This document shows, one piece after another, positions 1 through 10,887 of a stretch of 64,000 bases of DNA (its first letter is position 1; every line of letters starts with the position of its first letter). The stretch spans positions 64,001 through 128,000 of the IMG/VR virus record IMGVR_UViG_3300042973_000021. One strand, written 5' to 3'. The notes below the pieces were generated by a model, which ran no database searches, was not told where the DNA came from, and saw only the letters and a list, made by a program, of their open reading frames with translations. The DNA comes from a virus. Taxonomy: Duplodnaviria; Caudoviricetes. The position numbers and the translations under genes were made by a program.

Positions 1-2148
1 GAAAACCTGAAACTCACTATCCCATGTTACACCGGTTCTTGCCAGCCGCCCATACTCAGTTGTGGTTCCATCCGGGAAGGTTACATCAAACCTTTCATAA
101 GGTTCATAAGTCCAGGCATCTCCCAGTCTAAGTAATTCACATAGAATACGTCCATCAGACCGAACCCCGGCATACCCTCCTGAAAAACCACTAAGCGTCG
201 CTGTAAAGCGCAAAACATTGCTTGCTCCAGAATAAACCCTCACAGAGTTACCTCGTATCCTCATTTCAATGGTGTACATTCTTGGATTTGAGCGAAGATC
301 TGCTGATGCCGTTTTAACGATTTCAGTGGTGTAACTGCCAATTAAAGAAGCACCATTATATAGTTCAATACGCTGTGTATTAAAGTTTAAACAGCAAAAG
401 ACATTACCACAAAAAATGCCTGCACGACCACTTCCCTCTGGAGTAAAGGCCAACCTTGCCCGCAAATGAACATCTGAAAACCCACTATACTTCCACGCCA
501 ATTGGCCATACCCGTCAAGCTGCGAATAGGGACGACTGGCGGGATCATTTTGATTTTGCCATACCTGCCACTCGCCGCTTAGTGCTGTCCAGTAGCTGGA
601 GGGAAGTGGATTGTCATCTCTGAAGTCTTCATACCAAATTAGTGCTGAATCAGGCTTTCTGCGTAGCACCTCAGTGGTCAATTTAAAACCTTTATCGGGT
701 TCAGCCATTAAACCGTTCACATCTTTAAATTTGCGAGGAGATAGCATAAACTCTGCCTCTCCAGCAGAAGGTTCTTCAGAAAAACTCGAACATACTCGAA
801 ATCCATAGAACTGCACACCTGGTACTGAGGTACTAACGCTGACAGTATGGGTACCAGCTGAAAGAAATACACCAGAAACCAAGGAAAGCCAACAAGTTGT
901 TCGCCAATATGGCCACCACAGCCTATTCTCGCTAAATACCTTACTTGTCCCGTCAAGTGAAACATGAATGCTATTCTTATCCCAGAAGGGAAATGAGATG
1001 CGAATGGCTACATCATAAATACCAGCAGATGAAATTTCAAATTCGTATTCGGCTTCACCTTCTTCACCAAGTGTTATCATTTGAGAAGAAACCGATACAT
1101 TACCAGTATAGCTATCAGGAGTTCCGCCACTACGATCTACATATATCGTGCCAAATTCAGTTTTTTGCTGCTTGCTATAGGCAGTCAAATACCTGCGACG
1201 GTTATAAGTTTCACCCAGTAAAGGATAGGTTCTTGAAACTGCATCCCAGCCTTCCATGTAGTCATACACATGTGGCAAGGCCCAAGGCACCTTATCATAA
1301 TCATCCCAATACGCTATGATAGGAATCATGGGCTGTGGTGGTCCATCATCCGTAAAGTTATATCCCCCTGTCATCCAAAGCTGTGCCGCATAATATGTGT
1401 TTGAAATCCCACGATAAGTGATGCCCAGATTTTCTGGTGTATCGTGGATTCTCCAGTTCCAACCATATGCAGGCAGTCCTAAAAATATTTTTTCAGGAGT
1501 CATAACCCGGACTGCATAATCATAAATGCCTTCCAACCAATCCCTGGGAGATACCGAACCCGGTGCAGAGCCTGCCCACGCCATGCCATAACTCATAATC
1601 GCTGCTGTATCACAATAGGCATTCAAGTCTTCATAAACACACCAGTTTTCGCCACCAACCGAGCCTTGTACTCCAGTCATGCCCGGTAGACAAATATTTA
1701 CGAGTTTCGAAGAATCATAGGCTTTAACAGAGTTATATATGTCTCGAAATAGAGCATTAGCAGCATCCTTGTTTTCATAGCCACCTCCACGTTCCAAGTC
1801 TATATCCACTCCAGCACACCAAGGATACTTATTCATGATGCGAATAATCTCAGTAAGAAATTTATCCTTTGCACCATTGGTGTTATTTCTAAGGGCTGTA
1901 AAAATAGAAGCCGTACCATGGTTCATGATTGTAAGCAGCCATTTGATATGAGGCCAGCGGTTAATGTAAGTAAGCATACTGGATATGCTTGTTCCTGTTT
2001 CTGTTATGGTCCCGGTGATATCCACTTCAAAAGTAAAAATACCCACCGTATCAATTCGATCACCATAGTCTCGTAATGCTTGATACATGCGGGTATTCCC
2101 CATGAAACTCCAGACCATACAACGCTTACCTTTTAAATAGTCAATCAA
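1..2148 (-). CDS. Glycoside hydrolase family 18 domain tail-associated protein (runs off window; not in ORF track)
   Basis: Frame reads open from TTG at 2148 (overlapping TGA of upstream gene) to base 1; GH18 catalytic motif AGVDIDLE (DxDxE), MSYG..W and LGLPAYGWNW motifs, then beta-rich C-terminal domains. Confidence 0.85.
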   Translation of the reverse strand, partial: MIDYLKGKRCMVWSFMGNTRMYQALRDYGDRIDTVGIFTFEVDITGTITETGTSISSMLTYINRWPHIKWLLTIMNHGTASIFTALRNNTNGAKDKFLTEIIRIMNKYPWCAGVDIDLERGGGYENKDAANALFRDIYNSVKAYDSSKLVNICLPGMTGVQGSVGGENWCVYEDLNAYCDTAAIMSYGMAWAGSAPGSVSPRDWLEGIYDYAVRVMTPEKIFLGLPAYGWNWRIHDTPENLGITYRGISNTYYAAQLWMTGGYNFTDDGPPQPMIPIIAYWDDYDKVPWALPHVYDYMEGWDAVSRTYPLLGETYNRRRYLTAYSKQQKTEFGTIYVDRSGGTPDSYTGNVSVSSQMITLGEEGEAEYEFEISSAGIYDVAIRISFPFWDKNSIHVSLDGTSKVFSENRLWWPYWRTTCWLSLVSGVFLSAGTHTVSVSTSVPGVQFYGFRVCSSFSEEPSAGEAEFMLSPRKFKDVNGLMAEPDKGFKLTTEVLRRKPDSALIWYEDFRDDNPLPSSYWTALSGEWQVWQNQNDPASRPYSQLDGYGQLAWKYSGFSDVHLRARLAFTPEGSGRAGIFCGNVFCCLNFNTQRIELYNGASLIGSYTTEIVKTASADLRSNPRMYTIEMRIRGNSVRVYSGASNVLRFTATLSGFSGGYAGVRSDGRILCELLRLGDAWTYEPYERFDVTFPDGTTTEYGRLARTGVTWDSEFQVF

Positions 2149-2735
2149 AGGCGCTCACTTCCTTCCTGCATTTCTTGAAACTCAAATAATACCCGGGCTG
2201 ATTTTCTGTCTTCTAGCTTTATCACATGTTTGCTATCACCGGATGCTGTATATTGAAAAAAACCTTCCTTATCAGTTGGGTTTCCGTTCTTTAAACACTG
2301 CCTAGTTGATGCTAGTAGCGAAAAGGTATCACCTGGACTAACTGCCTCATTAAATATCACCTTGTGCGCCCCTGCTCCTTGAGACAATTGGATACTGCCT
2401 GCAGCCATATTTTGGTTGGGATAAATATGACAGTCAAGGCCAGCGGAAGTTGAACCCAGATTGAAGAGAATAACCGTCTCTCCGCTACGAACCACTCCGT
2501 TATAAAAACGAGCGGGAACAATAACACCGCCCTCCCGGAATTTTTGAAGCATCGTTTCTGTATTAATTGTATAACCAGTTAGACGATCACCTTCCTGAGC
2601 CTGAATATCAGTGAAATAAACAGTACCTGTGCAATCTCCAAGAAGTAGTTTCACTGTTACGCTTACTACTCGTTTATCCTCTTTACAATGAATCGTCTCA
2701 GCAAACCTGGTAAATGTTACTGACATCTGCACCAC
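2145..2735 (-). CDS. Phage tail-associated hypothetical protein
   Basis: ORF in tail operon; N-terminus paralogous to 2736-2930 (DCTGTVYFTD vs DCSGEVFFTD); true start probably ATG 2726. Confidence 0.7.
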   Translation of the reverse strand: MVQMSVTFTRFAETIHCKEDKRVVSVTVKLLLGDCTGTVYFTDIQAQEGDRLTGYTINTETMLQKFREGGVIVPARFYNGVVRSGETVILFNLGSTSAGLDCHIYPNQNMAAGSIQLSQGAGAHKVIFNEAVSPGDTFSLLASTRQCLKNGNPTDKEGFFQYTASGDSKHVIKLEDRKSARVLFEFQEMQEGSERL

Positions 2736-2930
2736 CTACCCATCCAACGTCCACTTAATTTCTGACACATGACCAATCCAGCCCGTAGCAACAGAACCAC
2801 CTTGCAAAAGCATATCTGTAAAGAACACCTCACCAGAACAATCAGTAATGAAAAGACGGATGGTAAGCGACTTTATCTTTCCAATACCTCTCGGTGTAAT
2901 AGCATGTGCTGTCTGTGAAAAATAAGCCAT
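2736..2930 (-). CDS. Small tail-associated protein (jelly-roll C-terminal fragment-like)
   Basis: RBS AGGAG upstream; motif VFFTDMLLQGGSVATGW typical of phage tail beta-sandwich ends. Confidence 0.65.
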   Translation of the reverse strand: MAYFSQTAHAITPRGIGKIKSLTIRLFITDCSGEVFFTDMLLQGGSVATGWIGHVSEIKWTLDG

Positions 2931-2945
2931 AGCACTGGCTCCTTC

Positions 2946-5468
2946 CTAAAAGAGATCAATAAACCTGGTTTCTGTCGACCCATCCTCATATTCAATGACA
3001 ACTTCAATCCCAACTTGCCCGTTTGGCCCTTTCTGAAGATTTTCCGATGCAATCTGCGCTGAGAAAGTGTAACTCTTCCTACTGGCAGGATAAACGGTCT
3101 GGGATAGACTTTTCGTCATCCCTAAAACGCCCTCAGCTTTAAAAGAAGCTGTTCCTGATACACCATTATTAGGGTCAACTGTAAAACCTGAACTTAACCA
3201 ATAGGTTAGACCATCATCAGCTCGTGAATTTCGTAGATGATTAAAAGGCACTAAGTCTTTTAATTCCTGACGGTCAAGAACATCAGTGGAAGATAAAATA
3301 TCGGCTGCTTTATCCCATCCAGCAGAGGAATCTCCTAATTCTCTTAAAGTTGTTGATAGCTCCAGCACTGTTTTCCATGGTTCTTGTAGATTATATTGTC
3401 TGCGAACTACACGAGTTTTGACAGATAACTTCAAATCTCTATCATCCACAGTTACTATATCACCTAGTTTCCATGCCTCATGCTCATATCCTGTCAACAC
3501 TGATAAGTCCATTGCAGAGAGAACATATGAGATTCGTGGCTTCGCATACTGAGCTAAGCGCATATTAGCGAACTCAAGCAGCTGATAAGGGTTGCTGATT
3601 GATGAAGCATCCAGCGTTCCAACTCTAACTTCTGATGAATAGCTATAATCCTCAACATACTCTTTATTACCATTGATAGAAGCAAATGTTATACCATCTT
3701 TTCCATAAGCATAAAGGCGAGTGATTAGACTTCTAGTATCCACTACGCGCTGTATACTTTTCATGTTCTTTCTATAGCAAAATAATGCCCCACTATCAGT
3801 ACCTCCAAATGTCAAAAGGTGTACCAGACGATTGGCACTATCGAAAATCAAGTCACCACCATGAATATTCTGTATGGCTCGAAGAATAGATAAAGCATTC
3901 TTCTCTGTTGATTGCCATGTTCGTTTTGTACTGACAGTGACATTTCCTAATGACCAGCCAGTACCAAGTAAGGCATAGCGCATAGGTACTTCTGGTGTCT
4001 CTGCGACAAATTCCATGGGTTCTTTTTCAGCGCTAAAGGAAAGATCATAAAATGCAGCTTCCGCATATACCTGAGTTACAACTCTTCCATCTGAGCTTTT
4101 CTCATCTGTTATGGTTCGAATACGATAAACATCATTGACAATCTGCACCTGTTTTTCATTGTCTAAGGTCTCGCGCTTGGAATCATGAAATGGCAGTTTA
4201 AACTCCAAAATATCAGCTCCATTCACCTCACTTGTTACCACAATATCAAAGGCATTTTCTAACACCGCTTCCCAAGCCCCGTTAGTATCCAACACAACTG
4301 GTCTGGCAAATCCAAGTCTCTCATAAGGAGGTTTTGGTATATCATGTAGTTGTATTTCAAGAAGTTTAGGAGTTCTACTGGTGTCTTGAGTAGATAATGT
4401 AATTCGATAACGGATATATTCTCTGTTAGGCGACTGCAGTTCCCCACTTGCTCCAACGGCCTGCCATTCAGTCCAGCTAGACAGATCGTCTGATGTAGAA
4501 GTTTCCACTAGGCTTATGGCTGTTATACCTGCGGTGTATTCACTTGTAACTGATACCCTGCCCGTTCCTGCAAGACTACAGGCAGCTGCTATCGTAAAAA
4601 GCTGACCACTTTGTGCATAGACTCCGTTTGTTGCTTTCAACATGACAGAGCCAGGGTCCGCAAGAGCATCTACATCAGCAGCACTGTCACCACCGTTTGC
4701 CAAAATTGAAGATTTGAAATAGGAAATAAGATCCTCCATGGTAAGTAAAGAATCTTTTTCATAAAACCAGTCATCAAATCCTCCTGCGTAATAATAGGTA
4801 TTTGCATGCATCCCCATCACAATATCCGCAACACAAGATTGATTTAAGTCTCCAGTGAATGTTCGAACTGGAGATTGCCAAACAGCGCCATCACTTCGGT
4901 CACAAAGTAAGTTCTGCACCCTTTTGTTGTTTACCTCGATAACAGAAGCGATAAAGTACCACCCGTTATTCTTTAGGGTAATAGTAGGCGTTTCGGTCTG
5001 ATCATATATCAAGGAGCCTGAGGCATTATACAGCATTAATCGCAACCTTCCCTGAAATAAAGAAACATAAAAAATTGGCTGACCAGGCCCTTGTCTAGTA
5101 TTAAAAATCGGGATATACGTCTGCCCTACAGAATAAGTAGTTGGATTTATCCATCCGCCAACAACAATCTTTTCACCTAAATCACTAAAAAAGCTACCGT
5201 CATTGGTAGCCACTAAATGAGTCTTTTCACTTGTTGGATTAATGATATTCTGCCTGAAATATCTTCCTAATCTACCGGATAACAAGTTGGCTGATGTGCC
5301 TGACCATCCGGATACAAAGAAGTTTCTGTTATGACCGGAGTCATCTGTAAGCATATTGTTGCTATCTGGTGCGGCTTCATTAAATCGCCACAGAGCAACT
5401 GTCTTCTCGCTTACAGGAAACTCACCCGTAAAATCCGTCTGTGATGTTAAGATTGATTTAATTGCCAC
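2946..5468 (-). CDS. Tail spike/minor structural protein (LamG-like N-terminus + prophage tail endopeptidase-like domain)
   Basis: 840 aa after Dit; ALWRFNE/WYFIA LamG-like motifs; ITRLYAYGKDG and LGDIVTV motifs of Tal-type proteins. Confidence 0.85.
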   Translation of the reverse strand: MAIKSILTSQTDFTGEFPVSEKTVALWRFNEAAPDSNNMLTDDSGHNRNFFVSGWSGTSANLLSGRLGRYFRQNIINPTSEKTHLVATNDGSFFSDLGEKIVVGGWINPTTYSVGQTYIPIFNTRQGPGQPIFYVSLFQGRLRLMLYNASGSLIYDQTETPTITLKNNGWYFIASVIEVNNKRVQNLLCDRSDGAVWQSPVRTFTGDLNQSCVADIVMGMHANTYYYAGGFDDWFYEKDSLLTMEDLISYFKSSILANGGDSAADVDALADPGSVMLKATNGVYAQSGQLFTIAAACSLAGTGRVSVTSEYTAGITAISLVETSTSDDLSSWTEWQAVGASGELQSPNREYIRYRITLSTQDTSRTPKLLEIQLHDIPKPPYERLGFARPVVLDTNGAWEAVLENAFDIVVTSEVNGADILEFKLPFHDSKRETLDNEKQVQIVNDVYRIRTITDEKSSDGRVVTQVYAEAAFYDLSFSAEKEPMEFVAETPEVPMRYALLGTGWSLGNVTVSTKRTWQSTEKNALSILRAIQNIHGGDLIFDSANRLVHLLTFGGTDSGALFCYRKNMKSIQRVVDTRSLITRLYAYGKDGITFASINGNKEYVEDYSYSSEVRVGTLDASSISNPYQLLEFANMRLAQYAKPRISYVLSAMDLSVLTGYEHEAWKLGDIVTVDDRDLKLSVKTRVVRRQYNLQEPWKTVLELSTTLRELGDSSAGWDKAADILSSTDVLDRQELKDLVPFNHLRNSRADDGLTYWLSSGFTVDPNNGVSGTASFKAEGVLGMTKSLSQTVYPASRKSYTFSAQIASENLQKGPNGQVGIEVVIEYEDGSTETRFIDLF

Positions 5469-5472
5469 CAGA

Positions 5473-6246
5473 TCACCTCCATCTGCTTTTGGCCAGAATC
5501 TTCAGCTCCGAAAATGTTGCTCCCACAGCTGATACTGTTATTTCATTTTCACCTTTGTGAAGTACAGGGAAGTTTAACTCATCCAGGACTGGAAGCCCAT
5601 TTCGAAGTGTATTTCCGTTGGCATCGGTTATTTTTGCTGTCACTAATCCGCTATCAATTACAAGCACTTCATCTGCCGTCAAAGCTCCAACTACTCGAAG
5701 TTCCTCTCCATTCGTGGTAATAGAAATATATGTGGATGTAGATCCACTTATTGATCCCTTAAGTTGATATATCGGTTCTGAATCTGTATTCCCGGTTATT
5801 CTTTGGATCTCATGAGTTCCAACACTTGAAATCGTGAATTGTTCATCTGTCAGCGCATAGGCGTGAGGATCAGGACAGATAAACTTCAACTCAAAGGCAC
5901 CTGCAGTTCTAAGTAATCTCTCGCATTCTACTTGTTCAGTGAGGCGAGCAAAAAAGAATCGATTCGGAATATCCTCTAATATAAGCTGCTTAAGGCCGTT
6001 CATAGGGTTGAGCCACTCTGCAAGATCATCTAACACGCTCACTAAATCTGCAAAGCTCTTTTGAGGATATATGCTACAGCTAATCGTAATGATCCGCTCT
6101 GAGATATCACAACCAAAGTCAGCAACCCCTGCCTTCCCCGGAACAACCTCATACGCGTTTCTTAATGCGGGCGATGCCTGCCAACTTGTGAGCCTTGCTT
6201 TTATCTTCATATTCTTTGAGTTAATACCGTTATAAATAAAGCCCAT
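5473..6246 (-). CDS. Distal tail protein (Dit)
   Basis: Follows tape measure; FxYNGINS start, FICPDPHAY, LHKGENEI motifs. Confidence 0.85.
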   Translation of the reverse strand: MGFIYNGINSKNMKIKARLTSWQASPALRNAYEVVPGKAGVADFGCDISERIITISCSIYPQKSFADLVSVLDDLAEWLNPMNGLKQLILEDIPNRFFFARLTEQVECERLLRTAGAFELKFICPDPHAYALTDEQFTISSVGTHEIQRITGNTDSEPIYQLKGSISGSTSTYISITTNGEELRVVGALTADEVLVIDSGLVTAKITDANGNTLRNGLPVLDELNFPVLHKGENEITVSAVGATFSELKILAKSRWR

Positions 6247-7383
6247 ACATCGCCCTCCTTTACGCAGTTATAAATCTTCCTTGTGCTCGAGATCCTGTCT
6301 GCATCAAATTGTATAACTCCTGTGAAATCTTCCGAATATCGTCTTCACTTCGAACAATCATCTGCTGTATCGTAATTAATGACCCTCCAAATGTTCCATA
6401 TCCGCTACTAATACCGGCTCCATTCATATTCAGATTAGGGTTAATGTCAAAATCAGTAGGGATAGCGTTTTGCATATCCTGGCTAACACTATTCATGGCT
6501 TTTTCAAAACCGACACCAATACCCTCTCCCATGTTTTCGCCAATTCCAGCAAACAATGTAGATGGCGATCGAATTCCAAAGAAATTTTTTATTTTATCTA
6601 CTACACCACCAAAAAAGCCTGAGATTTTATCCCAAAGCCAGGCTCCAGCATCTGAAATACCCTGCCACAAACCTTTGATTAAATTGGTCCCAACCTGGGC
6701 AATTTGCCAAATAGATCCTGTAAAACCTTTAACCAGTGCCGCAATAATTTGTGGCACTGCTTTAACAACCTCTACTATAATGGCTGGAAGGTTCTTAATC
6801 AGCGAAACCAACAGCATGATTCCTGCTTGAATGATCTGTGGTATGCTGCCAATAATAGCATTCACAAGGGAGGATACAATCTTTGGTATAGCAGTAATAA
6901 CTGTTGTAATAATTAGTGGTAGATTTTGAATCAGTGCCACTAGCAGTTGAACCCCAGCATCAATGAGCAGTGGGATTGAGCCCAAAATCGCTGTGATTAA
7001 CCCGTCAACAATCTGAGGAATTGCTTCTACAATGGCGGTAATGATTTCTGGCAAAGCACCAATTAAAGATGTCAGAAGTTGAATACCAGCCTCGATTATT
7101 TGAGGTATTGCGCCTATAACAAAATTTACTATGCCAGTAATAATGGCTGGCAAAGCCGCGATCAGCACTGGAAGGGCATCTAAAATACCTTGAGTTAATC
7201 CAAGTACAAGTTGCAGAGCTGCTTCTAAAACCATAGGAAGGTTATCCAAAAGCCCCTGTACGATTTGTACCACCGCTGAAACTGCAGCAGGAATTAACTG
7301 TGGCAGAGCTTCTGCAATTCCACTTATTATGGTTCCAATCATTTGAATACCTGCTGTAATTAGCGCTGGAAGTGTTTCAATGA

Positions 7384-8833
7384 GGGTTTGTCAAGTTAAG
7401 TGTGTAAGTCTTTTTAAATTATCTCGGATGGAATATTTTTCCACCCGAGATTTTTGGCTTTAGTACTCTTCATATTTCAGAAGCCGATCCTTCATTGACT
7501 CTTCCAGAAGCAGCTGATTCCGCACCATCGCCCAGTTAGATACCGGTCTGGTCCAACGCTTGTAAAGCTCGGTAATGCGAAGATAGAGAATCTTGAATAC
7601 GGCGTCTTCGCTTGGAAATGCGCCCTTTTTGGTCACTTTTCGGAAGCTGGAGTTTACTGATTCGATCGGGTTGGTGGTGTACATGACCTTCCTGACAGCG
7701 CTGCCATAGTCAAACAGCTGCTCGACGTGGTTCCAATTCCTGACCCAGACATCAACGGCTCCCGGATAGCTGCCTCCCCAGGTCTCCTTAAATCGGGCAA
7801 ATTCGGCCTGTGCCGCCTTTAAACTGGAGGCTCCGTAGATTTTCTTTAACTGTGCGGTAAAGCGCTTGTATTCTTTCGATGGAATGTACTTCACGGAATT
7901 CCGGATCAGATGGACAATGCACCGCTGGACCACCACGCCAGGGAAAATCGCTTTTGCACCTTCTTCCAGGCCAGAGACACCGTCCATACTGATGAACAGC
8001 ACATCTTCAACGCCGCGGCCCTTCAATTCATCAAAAATCTGCATCCAGCTGTGCTTGCCTTCAGTGTCCGTAATCCAGAGACCCAGGACATCTTTCATTC
8101 CGTTCACATCATAGCCAAGGATGACATAAACAGCGCATTCTTTCGCCTCATACTCCCTGCGGATGGTCACATACATGCAGTCCACGAAAAGGAATGTGTA
8201 GAACTTCTTGAGCGGTCTGTTCTGCCACTCGTCAACCTGATCCAGAACACGGTCCGTGATGTTGGAAACGGTTTCTGCTGAAATTTCAAAGCCATAGATG
8301 TCATCGATGGTCGCTTGGATATCTCTCTGGCTCATACCGCGGGCATACATAGCCAGAACCTTGTCCTCAATGCCGCTAACGTCTCTGGTCCGCTTTGGAA
8401 TTGTCTGTGGTTCAAAGGAGGCGTCACGATCACGTGGAACACTGACCGGTACTTCTCCAAACTTTGTTTTCACATTTTTCTGAATATATCCGTTTCGACG
8501 GTTGTCGGTAGACTTGCCTCCACGTTCATTGGATTTGTAACCGAGGTGGCTGTCCATCTCTCCCTGCAGCATGGCTTCGAACATAGGTCCGAAGATATCC
8601 TTCAGTGCATCCTGCATTTCATCAACATTTTTAGGCTGATATTCATCGATGATCTTCTGGGCGATCGTTCTTCCAGTATCGTTCTTATCGCGTTTTTTAC
8701 GTGTCATAGGTGCTGTATTCATCCTTTCAATTATTTCTTTCTACCATACCGCACTCTATGAAAAAGATAAAGTGCGTAAGTTACGTGTTTGAAATTAGTT
8801 ACCGGTAACTTACACACTTAATATTACACCCTC
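7384..8833 (-). mobile_element. IS256-family insertion sequence
   Basis: Imperfect 25-bp terminal IRs (GGGTTTGTCAAGTTAAGTGTGTAAG / GAGGGTGTAATATTAAGTGTGTAAG); 8-bp target duplication TTCAATGA at 7376-7383 and 8834-8841. Confidence 0.95.
7460..8722 (-). CDS. IS256-family DDE transposase
   Basis: NRRNGY, VPRDR, QRCIVHLIRN, YTTNPIES motifs. Confidence 0.95.
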   Translation of the reverse strand: MNTAPMTRKKRDKNDTGRTIAQKIIDEYQPKNVDEMQDALKDIFGPMFEAMLQGEMDSHLGYKSNERGGKSTDNRRNGYIQKNVKTKFGEVPVSVPRDRDASFEPQTIPKRTRDVSGIEDKVLAMYARGMSQRDIQATIDDIYGFEISAETVSNITDRVLDQVDEWQNRPLKKFYTFLFVDCMYVTIRREYEAKECAVYVILGYDVNGMKDVLGLWITDTEGKHSWMQIFDELKGRGVEDVLFISMDGVSGLEEGAKAIFPGVVVQRCIVHLIRNSVKYIPSKEYKRFTAQLKKIYGASSLKAAQAEFARFKETWGGSYPGAVDVWVRNWNHVEQLFDYGSAVRKVMYTTNPIESVNSSFRKVTKKGAFPSEDAVFKILYLRITELYKRWTRPVSNWAMVRNQLLLEESMKDRLLKYEEY

Positions 8834-10303
8834 TTCAATGATTCCATTGACTAATGTCATCAGTAGCATGACTGCAGCTTCTGTTATTTGCGGTAATGCA
8901 GTGGTAAGCCCTTGAACCAGAGAAATAATAATCTGCGAAGCAATATCTACTACAATTGGCAACTGCTCAGATATAAACTGAACTGCTTCCTCTAAGATTC
9001 CTCCAAAAGCATCAATTAAGCCTTGAACACCGTCTTTTTCAAATGCTCCAGACAATTCATCGACCCAACCATTAACCATGGGAAGAACGGTACCGGAAAG
9101 CATAGTTGTTAAGCCTTCAGCAAGTTGGCCCTTCAATGAAGCAACACCATCTTCGAGAGTTGCCATCTGCCCAGAAAAGGTTTTTGACTGAGCTTCCATT
9201 GACCCATAGAAACGCCCACCTTCCGATGTAGCTGAGGCAAACGCTTCTGCGACCATATCTGCAGATATTGCCCCTTTGGACATTTCATCCTTAAGTTCAC
9301 CAATGGATTTTCCTGTCTTACGCGAGATCTCCTCTAGTGGGTTAAATCCTGCATTAATCATTTGCATCAAGTCCTGTCCGGTTAACTTACCAGTAGAGGA
9401 CATTTGTGCAAATGCCAGTGTCAGGCTTTTGAACTTCTCGGCATCTCCCTGAGATATATCACCCAGCTGCTTCATGCGTTTTTGAGCTTCTTCTGCAGAC
9501 ATACCAAAGCTCATAAGGGTTTGAGCTGATTGGGCAAGATCCTGCATTCCAAATGGTGTAGCTGCTGCTTCTTTTTTCAGATCATTAACCAGCTTTTGAG
9601 CTTTAGCCTCATCACCAAGCATGGTGGTAAAGGAAGCTGTGTAGTTTTCCATTTGAGCGTTGTACTCAACGCCATCTTTCATAGCGCCTATAAAGGCTTT
9701 TCCAATTCCCGCAATGGCTGAGCCTAAAGCTTTTACCCCACCAATTATGGCTTCTGATAACAAATTTGCTTTAAGTACATCTCCAAAAACAGAGGTTTTC
9801 TTGCTAGCATCATCCATTTCATCGCCAACATCATCAACATTATCTGCAAGTTCATTGGCTGCATCAGCGGCATCTTCCATGTTATCAGCACTATCATCTG
9901 TGGCGTCGGCATGGTCTCGTAGCGCTTTATGGTTATTTTCAAGTTCCCGCTCCATGCCATTAAGTTCAGCCAATGCTTTATTTAGTTGAATCTGCCAGTT
10001 TTGGGTTCTACGATCGTTTTCTCCAAAAGAAGTAGAGGCGTTATCTAGGGCAGCACGTAGTGTCTCTATTTTTTCTTTTTGTGCATCAATGGATTTTTCT
10101 AATACTTCATTTCTTGCAGTTAAGGCTTGGATGGATTTATCGTTTTTATCAAACTGGGAACTGACTAGAGCCATCTCACTACCTAATACTTTAAATGCTT
10201 GGTTAATGTCACGAAGTGCATTTTTGAATTCCTTTTCGCCTTCCACTCCGATTTTTAAACCAAAATTATCTGCCAAGATTACCGCCTCCTTTCTTTTGAA
10301 AGA

Positions 10304-10513
10304 TCAAATACCATAAGGAATAATGTCATCGATGTAAATCTTCCGTTTTGGTTTGGACATTCCAAGAAACTGCTTATGGCACTCCCATAAATCCATAAGC
10401 AAGCCAATAGGTGTAAGCCATGTTTCCTCTTCGGTACGATTTAAATGAACTGTCCCGTAATATAAAAGCCGGGTAAAGAGTTCATTCTCGTTTACCCGGT
10501 TTAAACGTTTTTT
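10304..10513 (-). CDS. Tail assembly chaperone C-terminal extension (gpGT-like, -1 frameshift product)
   Basis: -1 frame open from slippery AAAAAAC (10507-10513) to TGA 10304: ...RLNRVNENELFTRLLYYGTVHL...DDIIPYGI. Confidence 0.8.
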   Translation of the reverse strand, partial: KKRLNRVNENELFTRLLYYGTVHLNRTEEETWLTPIGLLMDLWECHKQFLGMSKPKRKIYIDDIIPYGI

Positions 10514-10875
10514 GAGTCATCTTCAGATTCTACATTTCTCTTGGTTCCCTTAAACATTGCTTCTGTCAAAGCATTCTTATAAGTAGCTAGTTCCAAAGGA
10601 GATGTGAGAAGTTCAACTTCTTCTTGAGTAAGCAGCGGCTTTTTGTTATCTGGATTTCGAAGGTTGTGAATGAGTAGGCTCTGATTGGCCATTAAAGTTA
10701 TCAGCCAGACTATTTCATCCAGTGCCATTTCGAAGTTCTCAGACTTCAGTAATTTCTCACCCAAATTTTCAAGACCGCCATATCTCCCAGCAATTTCTTT
10801 TGTGGCTTTAGTGGTAAGAATAAGCTCATACTCCTGCCCGCCAATATTGATCTTTGCACTTCTTTCGTTATCCAT
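10501..10875 (-). CDS. Tail assembly chaperone (gpG-like)
   Basis: Position between major tail and tape measure; ends at slippery site. Confidence 0.8.
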   Translation of the reverse strand: MDNERSAKINIGGQEYELILTTKATKEIAGRYGGLENLGEKLLKSENFEMALDEIVWLITLMANQSLLIHNLRNPDNKKPLLTQEEVELLTSPLELATYKNALTEAMFKGTKRNVESEDDSKNV

Positions 10876-10887
10876 TCCAATCCCCCC

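Larger units (their letters stand above)
6260..10276 (-). pseudogene. Tape measure protein interrupted by IS256
   Basis: Removing 7384-8841 rejoins the frame (...NGIIE-TLPALITAGIQMIGTII...), ~852 aa; TMP core (AAATPFG, LGDISQG) and 11-aa-type LP..I repeats. Confidence 0.92.

Noticed and set aside
6260-7380. Repeats as a diversity-generating retroelement or membrane transporter
   Set aside because: Ordinary tape-measure amphipathic repeats; no reverse transcriptase or TR/VR pair seen in the window
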